A stretch of 64,000 bases of DNA, taken from Candidatus Omnitrophota bacterium. GTDB lineage: Bacteria > Omnitrophota > Gorgyraeia > Gygaellales > Profunditerraquicolaceae. The notes beneath the pieces were generated by a model. It did not search any database. It was not told where the DNA came from and saw nothing but the letters and a program-made list of their open reading frames with translations. Positions 8,505-15,911 of the stretch are shown one piece after another. Where the stretch lies: contig JAKPTF010000097.1 in the NCBI GenBank assembly GCA_029571225.1, forward strand, positions 417-64,416. The letters run 5' to 3'. The position numbers and the translations under genes were made by a program. Within the stretch, counting starts at the first letter, position 1; the number at the start of each line of letters is the position of its first letter.

Positions 8505-9194
8505 ATGCGTCAAGTAGCGGTTATCGGTCTGGGGAAGTTCGGCAGTACCGTCGCGAAGGAGCTGACGGAACGCGGCGCGCATGTGATCGCGGTGGATGAA
8601 AATGCCCAGCGTGTGGAAGAGGTTAAGGAATCCGTGACGTACGCGGTTACGGTGAATTCCGTTGACGAGAACGCCCTGCGGGCAGTCGGCATCCAGAACG
8701 TGGATATTGCTGTGGTTTGCATCGGGGAGGACGTGGAGGCGAATCTGCTGACCACGCTCCTCTTGAAAAAAATAGGCGTCAAGAAGATATGGGCGCGCGC
8801 GATAAGCCCGCTGCAGCAGGAGATCCTCAAGACGATCAAGGTCGATAACATCATCAATCTTGAGGAAGAGATGGGGGATCTGGTCGCCAATAGCCTGATC
8901 TCGCGAAGCATTTCGAAATGCATACCGCTAACGCCGGGCCACAGCATCGCCGAGGTGCCGGTTCCCCGGGCGCTTGTGGGCAGGAACATCAGGTCATTGA
9001 GGCTTCGGGAAAGTTACCGAATCAATGTGGTTGCGGTCAAAAAGAAGAAGCCCAGGATCAATGAGCATGGGGAGCGTATTTTCGAGGAATACATGGAGCA
9101 TGTACCTGAGCCCGGAGCTCCGCTAGAGGAAACAGACGTGTTGATGATAATAGGAAGCGACGCGGATATCGAACGGTTCTCGAACATCTCGTGA
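8505..9194 (+). CDS. ktrA: KtrA/TrkA K+ uptake regulatory subunit (RCK: TrkA-N + TrkA-C)
   Basis: VAVIGLGKFGSTVAKEL Rossmann GxGxxG motif and a C-terminal TrkA-C-like region. It lies directly after ktrB (21-nt gap). Confidence 0.85.
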   Translation: MRQVAVIGLGKFGSTVAKELTERGAHVIAVDENAQRVEEVKESVTYAVTVNSVDENALRAVGIQNVDIAVVCIGEDVEANLLTTLLLKKIGVKKIWARAISPLQQEILKTIKVDNIINLEEEMGDLVANSLISRSISKCIPLTPGHSIAEVPVPRALVGRNIRSLRLRESYRINVVAVKKKKPRINEHGERIFEEYMEHVPEPGAPLEETDVLMIIGSDADIERFSNIS

Positions 9195-9206
9195 AGGAGA
9201 AATAAG

Positions 9207-9902
9207 ATGACCAGGCATACGATAAAGCTCTTATGGCTCTTTGCCGTGCTGTCGTGCGTTGCCGGATATCAGGCGGCGCTGGCCAGGGTCCCCATGCCGG
9301 GCGCCGTTGCTTATCTTTACGGCGTTTTCTTCGCGGCGGGCCTGCTGGCATGGCTGCATTTGACCCTGCGCATATTCACGTTCGGCAGGGACCTGGCGCG
9401 GTTCGCGCGGCGCGTGATCTCCAACGAATACGAAACCGGCGTCAAGGTATCACGGTTGTTTGACGATGAGGTTTCCGTCTTATCACGGCGTATCAACAAA
9501 ATGGCTGAGCAACTGGCTGCGTATGACGGACTGCAACGGGAACGGATATCGGTGGTATCCCGCGCGCTGGACGTCGTATGCCATTCGGTCAAGGATAATA
9601 TCATCATATTCGATATCAAACAGAACGAATTCCGGTTCAATCCCCCTGCCCAGGAGGCATTTGCGGTAGAACAGGAGTCATTCGGGTATAATGCCGTTGC
9701 GATGCGGGCAAACAATGCAGAATTCATCGGGCTTCTGCGGGCTGCGGTCGAAAAGGGCTCTTTCGCCACGAATGCGAGCGTGGACCTGGAGCTTCCCGTC
9801 AGGCAGACCCGCCGCAAGCTTGTTGTGAATATTACGCCGGTCAAAGATAAACATGAGACAGTGGAGTTGTGCCTGATCTTTTTCAAGAGCGCCGGCGCAT
9901 GA
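9207..9902 (+). CDS. Membrane protein with 2 TM helices, a HAMP-like linker and a PAS-like C-terminal domain; no output domain
   Basis: Two hydrophobic helices, then DLARFARRVISNEYETGVKV...DEVSVLSRRINKMAEQL (HAMP pattern), then ~110 aa with a PAS-like pattern (NIIIFD...FRFNPPAQEAF). 12-nt gap after ktrA. Confidence 0.55.
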   Translation: MTRHTIKLLWLFAVLSCVAGYQAALARVPMPGAVAYLYGVFFAAGLLAWLHLTLRIFTFGRDLARFARRVISNEYETGVKVSRLFDDEVSVLSRRINKMAEQLAAYDGLQRERISVVSRALDVVCHSVKDNIIIFDIKQNEFRFNPPAQEAFAVEQESFGYNAVAMRANNAEFIGLLRAAVEKGSFATNASVDLELPVRQTRRKLVVNITPVKDKHETVELCLIFFKSAGA

Positions 9903-10549
9903 GACAAGCTATTTTCGCCGCGTTTTTCTGTCTGGCAATGCCCGCGGCTGCGTGTTGTCATCAGCCGCGTATCTCGTTCGGGCAGAGGCATCCGTTCCTT
10001 CGCCCGGTGGTTATCCGCCAGCCGGAGGTCTCCAGGGCGTATTACGGTATCCTTGAGGGCGAGCCCGATTATTACAGGATAGACAGCGGTTCACCTTACC
10101 AGCTGTACCTGAATATACTTGTTCCTGACCGCAAAGACTCTGTCCTTGACGTTAAAGTAGACGTCGTGACCGGGAATCTGACGCTTCTTTCGCTCAAAGG
10201 CGCTGGGTTCGGGTGGACGCGTTTTTTCGAGCCCTTTGCCCGTGACCGTTATCTCAAAGGCCCTGAGCTTGACTGGCGGCTCAGGCAGGGGACATATTTT
10301 ATCAAAGTTTCCAACAGGGGGAACAGGGGAAGGTACGTGCTGGCTGTCGGCCGCAGAGAGTCGTTCCCCGTCCATGAGGTCGCCAGAATGGCATGGACAT
10401 TGCCGGTTATTAAAAAGCACTTCTTCGGCAAACCAGGGTATTGCGCGTTTTTTTCGCCTGCGGGCTTGATCGTCCTGGGGTATATGACAGTCATCTGTGG
10501 GATTGTGTGGGGCGCTGTCATTGTGATCCGGAGGTATGCATCCAAATGA
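9899..10549 (+). CDS. Exported protein with a C-terminal membrane anchor, function unknown
   Basis: ATGA overlap with the upstream gene. Signal-like N-terminus MRQAIFAAFFCLAMPAAA and a C-terminal TM helix (GLIVLGYMTVICGIVWGAVIVI). No family recognised. Confidence 0.5.
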   Translation: MRQAIFAAFFCLAMPAAACCHQPRISFGQRHPFLRPVVIRQPEVSRAYYGILEGEPDYYRIDSGSPYQLYLNILVPDRKDSVLDVKVDVVTGNLTLLSLKGAGFGWTRFFEPFARDRYLKGPELDWRLRQGTYFIKVSNRGNRGRYVLAVGRRESFPVHEVARMAWTLPVIKKHFFGKPGYCAFFSPAGLIVLGYMTVICGIVWGAVIVIRRYASK

Positions 10550-11769
10550 AACATTCGTTTCTTGCAATACTGATGTGCATGATGAGCGCATGCTGTTTGG
10601 CCGAGGAAACCCGGTCGCAGCCGAAATACGTTATTCTGGCCTGGAGCGGTTCAGGCATGCATTTTTACTCCGAAGATTTCCAGGATGCGGCGATCCTGCC
10701 CCCGAATAATACGCTTATGTGCCAGGTGATCAAAGTCGGGGAGCCTCCGCAAATCGTGAAAAGCGGCGTCATTGTGGAATACCGCTTCAGGGACAATACT
10801 TTTTCTGCGGGCAAGGACAGCAAGCGCGATAAGACCAATTTCTGGAAGTTCGCGCGGAAATTATTCGGCGTAGATGCTGAGGTGAATAAAGGGCTGACCG
10901 GCAAAGGCCTTTCAGGCCTTATGGACGCGGCCGGGGATTATTTTATTGCCCAGGGCATACCTATTACCGAATACCGTGACGGCTCGGTTGCAGATATAGA
11001 CCGGGGCCTATGGGAACGTTATCCGTTTCAGCTGGCTGCCATCGTGGTTAAGGATGAAAAGACCGGCGTTGAACTGGCCCGAACCAGCGTCGTGGCGCCC
11101 GTATCGAGCGAGGTCAATTGCATGCAATGCCACGGGGATGCTGGGGCTGCGACGAAGAAACACGGCATAAAACCGACAGGAAAATATCAGACGAATATCC
11201 TTTCGCTGCACGATAAGCTGAACCCTGATAAGTATCCGGCGCCTTTGATGCACAGCAGGCCGGTATTATGCGCATCCTGCCATGCATCGAACGCGCTCGG
11301 CGCCATGGGCCGCCAGGGCATACCCAGCCTGTCGAACGCCATACACAGAAGGCATCAGGACCTGCCGGAGATGACCCCCGACACAAACGGCTGTTACAAC
11401 TGCCATCCTGGCCCGCGGACGCAATTCCTGCGGGATACGATGTCGGTGAATTATAAACTCAATTGCACGACGTGCCATGGCACGATGTCAACGGTTGCAA
11501 GGAACCTGGAACCGTGGAAGGTGGAGCCGCGATGCGATAACGGCTCATGCCACGGCCAGGGATACGCCCTTGATAAGCCGTTATTCAACCAGTCAAAGTC
11601 TAAAACCGGGATATATTGCGCCGCCTGTCACGACAGCGCGCATGCGATCGCGCCCAGCAGGCAGGAAAGCGATCAAATCAAATTCAAGGACCTTCAGAGT
11701 AGCCCGGGCACTCTGCGCAGCTGCGCTGTCTGCCACGGCAGGGATGTGCAGAAACCCTTCAAACATTGA
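10546..11769 (+). CDS. Periplasmic multihaem c-type cytochrome
   Basis: ATGA overlap with the upstream gene. Signal peptide MKHSFLAILMCMMSACCLA. Six CxxCH motifs (CMQCH, CASCH, CYNCH, CTTCH, CAACH, CAVCH) plus one CDNGSCH lie between 11119 and 11736. The first ~190 aa carry no haem motif. Confidence 0.8.
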   Translation: MKHSFLAILMCMMSACCLAEETRSQPKYVILAWSGSGMHFYSEDFQDAAILPPNNTLMCQVIKVGEPPQIVKSGVIVEYRFRDNTFSAGKDSKRDKTNFWKFARKLFGVDAEVNKGLTGKGLSGLMDAAGDYFIAQGIPITEYRDGSVADIDRGLWERYPFQLAAIVVKDEKTGVELARTSVVAPVSSEVNCMQCHGDAGAATKKHGIKPTGKYQTNILSLHDKLNPDKYPAPLMHSRPVLCASCHASNALGAMGRQGIPSLSNAIHRRHQDLPEMTPDTNGCYNCHPGPRTQFLRDTMSVNYKLNCTTCHGTMSTVARNLEPWKVEPRCDNGSCHGQGYALDKPLFNQSKSKTGIYCAACHDSAHAIAPSRQESDQIKFKDLQSSPGTLRSCAVCHGRDVQKPFKH

Positions 11770-11785
11770 TAAACACGAATACATG

Positions 11786-11813
11786 TTGACAAAACAGGTA
11801 TCGGTGCTATACT
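11786..11813 (+). promoter_or_regulatory. Sigma70-type promoter of the DEAD-box helicase gene
   Basis: TTGACA (11786-11791), 16-nt spacer, TGC-TATACT extended -10 (11805-11813). Nearly the same core as the csp promoter. Confidence 0.7.
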
Positions 11814-11832
11814 TATACCATCTGCAGAGAAG

Positions 11833-11890
11833 AAGATTAGTAATCGTAAAACCGTAAAGGTTAGATAACTAACTTTTACGGTTTTTGTTT
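11833..11890 (+). promoter_or_regulatory. Helicase 5' leader element: AAGATTAG box plus terminator-like hairpin
   Basis: AAGATTAG at 11833-11840. Hairpin aaaccgtaaagg/cttttacggttt (11849-11884, one G.U, 12-nt loop) running into TTTTTGTTTTTT. The RBS AAGGAG follows at 11904-11909. Confidence 0.55.
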
Positions 11891-11916
11891 TTTCACAGAC
11901 CACAAGGAGAACCCAG

Positions 11917-13215
11917 TTGAATACCGCAGGACATCCGCAGCAAGTAACGCCTCAGCCGTCTAGTTTTTACGGCCTTGGCATCGCGCCCAAGATACTTGAG
12001 ATACTAGAGCGCATAAAATTCAAGGTGCCGACGCCGATTCAGCAGAAAGCCATCCCTCCGGCCATACAGGGCAAAGATGTCATCGGCATCGCGCAGACCG
12101 GCACCGGAAAGACCCATGCGTTTGCCATACCCATGGTGCAGCAACTGGCGCAGAAGCAGGGAGTCGGGCTGGTGCTTGCGCCGACACGGGAACTTGCCAT
12201 CCAGATCGAAGAGGCGTTCCGCGCAATTGCCGCGCCGTTCGGCATGAAGACTGCGTGCCTTATCGGAGGGGCGCCAATGTTCGATCAGACTGTTGCCCTG
12301 CGCAGGGGCCCGCGTATCGTCATTGCTACCCCCGGGCGCCTCATAGACCATATGTCGCAATGGAATTTCATGCCCGAAGAGGTTTGCATGCTGGTCCTCG
12401 ACGAAGCTGACCGGATGCTTGACATGGGGTTTGCCCCGCAGATCGACAAAATCCTGAAATTCATCCCGAAGAACAGGCAGACCATGCTTTTCTCCGCGAC
12501 CATGCCGAAAGAAATCATGGAAATGGCATCGAAGAACATGAAATTGCCGGTGTGCGTTGAGATCGCCCCGCAGGGCACTGCGGCCGAGACGGTCACGCAG
12601 GAGCTGTATATCGTCAAACGGGAAGCCAAAGCCAAATTGCTCGGAAAGATACTGGCACAGTATCACGGGCCTATCCTTTTATTTACTCGGACTAAAATCG
12701 GCGCGCGCAAAGTCACCAGGGCTATACAGGCAATGGGGTATAAGGCGGCTGAGATCCATTCCAACCGGTCGCTGACGCAGCGCCGCGAGGCGCTTGAGGG
12801 ATTCAAACGGGGTTTATACCGCGTGCTTGTCGCAACGGACATCGCCTCCCGGGGCATAGACGTCACGGGCATAGAGCTTGTCATTAATTATGATCTTCCG
12901 GAAGACGCGGGCAATTACGTGCATCGTATCGGCCGCACCGGCCGTGCAGGCCTGAAGGGCCGCGCCATATCCATCGCGACCCCTGACCAGAAAACCGACG
13001 TTAGGGATATTGAAAAATTGATCAGGGCATCCCTGCCTGTGATCAAGCATCCGGATTTCCCTGTCGAGCAGTTCTCCGAGCAAGCGGTACAAAATGCCGG
13101 AGGCCACCGAGTGTCACACAGGCCGGGATCGTTCCGCCATCAGGCAAGCAGAAAGCTTGCAAACAGCCATTCCCATCAGCAGGGGCGTTCAAGACCCCAG
13201 ATATATAAAAAATAA
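11917..13215 (+). CDS. DEAD-box ATP-dependent RNA helicase (RhlE/CshA-like)
   Basis: TTG start 7 nt after AAGGAG. Q-motif (FKVPTPIQQKAIP), AQTGTGKT, PTRELA, DEAD (VLDEADRM), SAT, and HRIGRTGRAG. Basic C-terminal tail. Confidence 0.92.
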   Translation: MNTAGHPQQVTPQPSSFYGLGIAPKILEILERIKFKVPTPIQQKAIPPAIQGKDVIGIAQTGTGKTHAFAIPMVQQLAQKQGVGLVLAPTRELAIQIEEAFRAIAAPFGMKTACLIGGAPMFDQTVALRRGPRIVIATPGRLIDHMSQWNFMPEEVCMLVLDEADRMLDMGFAPQIDKILKFIPKNRQTMLFSATMPKEIMEMASKNMKLPVCVEIAPQGTAAETVTQELYIVKREAKAKLLGKILAQYHGPILLFTRTKIGARKVTRAIQAMGYKAAEIHSNRSLTQRREALEGFKRGLYRVLVATDIASRGIDVTGIELVINYDLPEDAGNYVHRIGRTGRAGLKGRAISIATPDQKTDVRDIEKLIRASLPVIKHPDFPVEQFSEQAVQNAGGHRVSHRPGSFRHQASRKLANSHSHQQGRSRPQIYKK

Positions 13216-13236
13216 GGAAGAAGTCTTTTGTCAAAC

Positions 13237-13264
13237 CCGGTCTGCGTAAGACCGGTTTTTTTTT
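13237..13264 (+). terminator. Intrinsic terminator of the helicase gene
   Basis: Stem ccggtct/agaccgg with loop gcgta, followed by T9. Confidence 0.75.
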
Positions 13265-13318
13265 GAGGAACTTTTCTATTACGCATATTGTCCAAGTAAT
13301 AAAGGACATTGAAAATGC

Positions 13319-13347
13319 TTGACATGAAAAGTATGATTTATTATACT
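13319..13347 (+). promoter_or_regulatory. Promoter of the AbrB-like/efflux operon
   Basis: TTGACA (13319-13324), 17-nt spacer, TATACT (13342-13347). Confidence 0.65.
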
Positions 13348-13375
13348 AATTATATAAATTGTATATTTCATGTCA
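13320..13375. promoter_or_regulatory. 10-bp perfect inverted repeat bracketing the promoter core (candidate operator)
   Basis: tgacatgaaa (13320-13329) and tttcatgtca (13366-13375), 36 nt apart. The left arm overlaps the -35 and the right arm abuts the RBS GGGAGG. Confidence 0.45.
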
Positions 13376-13387
13376 GGGAGGTTATTT

Positions 13388-13624
13388 ATGGAGAAAACAT
13401 CGCCTTTACTCAAAGTTTACGGAACCGTGACCGTAGGGGAACGCGGGCAGGTGGTGGTGCCGGCAAAAATACGCAAGATGTACGGTTTGAGCCCAGGGGA
13501 TAAATTGATTGTGCTTGCCAGAGAAGGCGCGCCGATCGGGTTTGTGCCTGTTTCCGCATTCAATGCGTTCATAGAACAGCATGAGCAGTTTATAACTCAG
13601 ATGAAAAAGAATACCGGAGCCTGA
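13388..13624 (+). CDS. AbrB/MazE/SpoVT-family DNA-binding protein
   Basis: VTVGERGQVVVPAKIRKMYGLSPGDKLIV is the swapped-hairpin SpoVT-AbrB motif. ATG at 13388 follows GGGAGG. Confidence 0.75.
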   Translation: MEKTSPLLKVYGTVTVGERGQVVVPAKIRKMYGLSPGDKLIVLAREGAPIGFVPVSAFNAFIEQHEQFITQMKKNTGA

Positions 13625-13629
13625 TTGCA

Positions 13630-14895
13630 ATGAAGCCTGTACGGCTGTATATTCTGGTGCTTGGCATATCCTGTATGGCGGCATGCCGGGCATACTCGCA
13701 GGAGGCCATGACGTGGGATGACTGCGTGAAGGAAGCAGCGCGGAACAATCCCGGGTTGATCTCTGCGATTGAGGCGGTGAAGGCGAGCGAGGCTGCCGGG
13801 AAGGCGACTGCGAGCGGCCAGTATCCTCAAATCGGCGGCCGCGTCAGCGGGACCTTGACGAAATCTACGGGTTCTGCGGCATCCGAGAGCTATGCCGCGT
13901 CGCTGGACGGAAGCCAGCTCGTGTATGACGGAAAAAAGACCGTCAATAACATCAAGGCAGCTCAGGAAAATATTACGGCGTCAAAGCAGAATTTCCGCTA
14001 TACATCAAGCGACGTTCGCAGGTCTTTGCGCAGATCGTTCGTAAACCTTCTTAAGGCTCAGGAGTTGACCCGTATTGCAGAGGAGATATATGAGATCCGC
14101 AGGGGAAGCCTCGAACTGATCACACTGCGATACCAGTCCGGCCTGGAGCACAGGGGGGCTTTGCTGACCGCTGAATCGAACCTGGCGCAGGCGCAATACG
14201 CGGTGAACAGCGCCCGCCGGGATCTTACGGTCGCGCGCAGCGATCTGTGCAAAGAGATGGGCAGGCCCAGAAGCTCGAATATAACGGTCGCCGGAGATTT
14301 CATCGTCCGCGATATCCCTGCCGATGACCTGGATCTGGAGGCAATAGCGGCACGGAATCCGCAGGTATTGAGAGCGGTTGCTCGCAAGAACTCTGCGGAA
14401 TTTGATTTGCGCAGCGCGTACGCCGATTACGCGCCGTCGGTTTCAATTGAGGCGGGCATAGGAAAGACAGGCACGACGTTCCTTCCTCAGAGCACGCAGA
14501 AGAGCGCGGGTTTAACCTTGAGCATGCCCCTGTTGGAGGGAGGACTGCGCCATGCGCAGGTCGCTCAGGCCAGAGCTTCGGTGAACCAGCTTGGGGCAGA
14601 CGAAACAAGCGTGCGGAACACGGCCATCGCCGAACTGGAACAGTATCGCGCAGCTCTTTTTGAAGCGATCGACAACGCGTCCGTGCAGGAAAAAGCCCTG
14701 CGCGCCGCAGAGGAGCGCTCAAGGATAGCAGAGGCGCAATATTCGATCGGGGCCATGGCGTTCGACAGCTGGACGATAATCGAAGATAATCTTGTCAGCG
14801 CAAAAAGGTCCTATTTGAATGCGCGGGCTGCGGCATTGCTCGCCGAAGCGGATTGGGTCAAGGCGAAAGGAGAGACTCTTGAATATGGACAATAA
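13630..14895 (+). CDS. tolC: TolC-family outer-membrane efflux channel
   Basis: Signal peptide. Two repeats of the OEP pattern (A..N..L......V.A.EA....A....YPQI; AR.DL..A...L...). 421 aa. Confidence 0.8.
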   Translation: MKPVRLYILVLGISCMAACRAYSQEAMTWDDCVKEAARNNPGLISAIEAVKASEAAGKATASGQYPQIGGRVSGTLTKSTGSAASESYAASLDGSQLVYDGKKTVNNIKAAQENITASKQNFRYTSSDVRRSLRRSFVNLLKAQELTRIAEEIYEIRRGSLELITLRYQSGLEHRGALLTAESNLAQAQYAVNSARRDLTVARSDLCKEMGRPRSSNITVAGDFIVRDIPADDLDLEAIAARNPQVLRAVARKNSAEFDLRSAYADYAPSVSIEAGIGKTGTTFLPQSTQKSAGLTLSMPLLEGGLRHAQVAQARASVNQLGADETSVRNTAIAELEQYRAALFEAIDNASVQEKALRAAEERSRIAEAQYSIGAMAFDSWTIIEDNLVSAKRSYLNARAAALLAEADWVKAKGETLEYGQ

Positions 14896-15892
14896 GAAAA
14901 CCATCGTTATCATAACGGCACTGGCGGTCATTGGCGCCGGAGCCATTGTGTGGAAAATTGTCCCGAAGCAGGATACGCGGGAAGTGATACGGGAAATATC
15001 CCCTCGCGTGGGTCCCATTGAGGCCATTATTTCATCCACCGGGACCGTTCTGCCCAGGAACCGGCTGGAGATCAAGCCGCCGGTATCAGGCCGCATAGAA
15101 AGCATACTGGTTAAGGAGGGCGATGCGGTCAAGAAAGGGGACACGCTCGGGTGGTTGTCCTCGACGGAACGCGCCGCGCTTCTTGACGCTGCGCAGGGGC
15201 AGGGAGAGGATAAGCTTAAATACTGGCAGGAAGTATATAAGCCGATCGCGCTTGTCGCCCCAATAGACGGGCAGGTCATCGTTGCGACGATACAGCCCGG
15301 CCAGACTGTAACGGCAGCCGACGCCGCGCTTGTTCTTTCGGATATGCTCATCGTGCGGGCGCACGTCGACGAAACGGATATCGGCAAGATCAGCGAAGGT
15401 CAGGAAGCGCGGGTCTTCCTCGATGCGTATCCTGACGAGAAGATCAAGGCAAAGGTCGATCATATCTATTACGAGTCCGAGACGATCAACAATGTCACTA
15501 TATACAAGGTGGACCTCCTGCCGCAGGATATCCCTTCGTTCGTCCGTTCGGGCATGAACGCGACCGTGGATTTTGTGGCGAAGAGAAAAGAAAATGCCGT
15601 GCTTTTGAGCCGGGATGCGGTGTACAGCCAGAACAACGAACATTATGTCCTTGTCAAGAACGGCAGCGGCAGGGAACCCGTCCGGCGCGCTGTTGTGCTC
15701 GGCCTGGAACAGGACAAGAACGTCGAGATAGTTTCCGGCATCGGCCCGGAGGATATCGTGATCGTCAGGTCTAAGAAATACGAACTGCCGGCATCCGTCT
15801 CTGCCGGAAAGAACCCGTTTTTGCCGCAGAGGCCGGCCCGGGCCGCAGGCTCAGGCCAGACCGGGCAAATCCAGGGCGGTTCTTCGCGGTGA
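14885..15892 (+). CDS. macA: MacA/HlyD-family periplasmic adaptor
   Basis: N-terminal TM anchor (IVIITALAVIGAGAIVW). The pattern of a lipoyl-like hairpin, beta-barrel and MP domain (GRIESILVKEGDAVKKGDTL ... VRAHVDETDI) fits. 11-nt overlap with tolC. Confidence 0.8.
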   Translation: MDNKKTIVIITALAVIGAGAIVWKIVPKQDTREVIREISPRVGPIEAIISSTGTVLPRNRLEIKPPVSGRIESILVKEGDAVKKGDTLGWLSSTERAALLDAAQGQGEDKLKYWQEVYKPIALVAPIDGQVIVATIQPGQTVTAADAALVLSDMLIVRAHVDETDIGKISEGQEARVFLDAYPDEKIKAKVDHIYYESETINNVTIYKVDLLPQDIPSFVRSGMNATVDFVAKRKENAVLLSRDAVYSQNNEHYVLVKNGSGREPVRRAVVLGLEQDKNVEIVSGIGPEDIVIVRSKKYELPASVSAGKNPFLPQRPARAAGSGQTGQIQGGSSR

Positions 15893-15911
15893 ACCCGATC
15901 CGGGAAACGTT

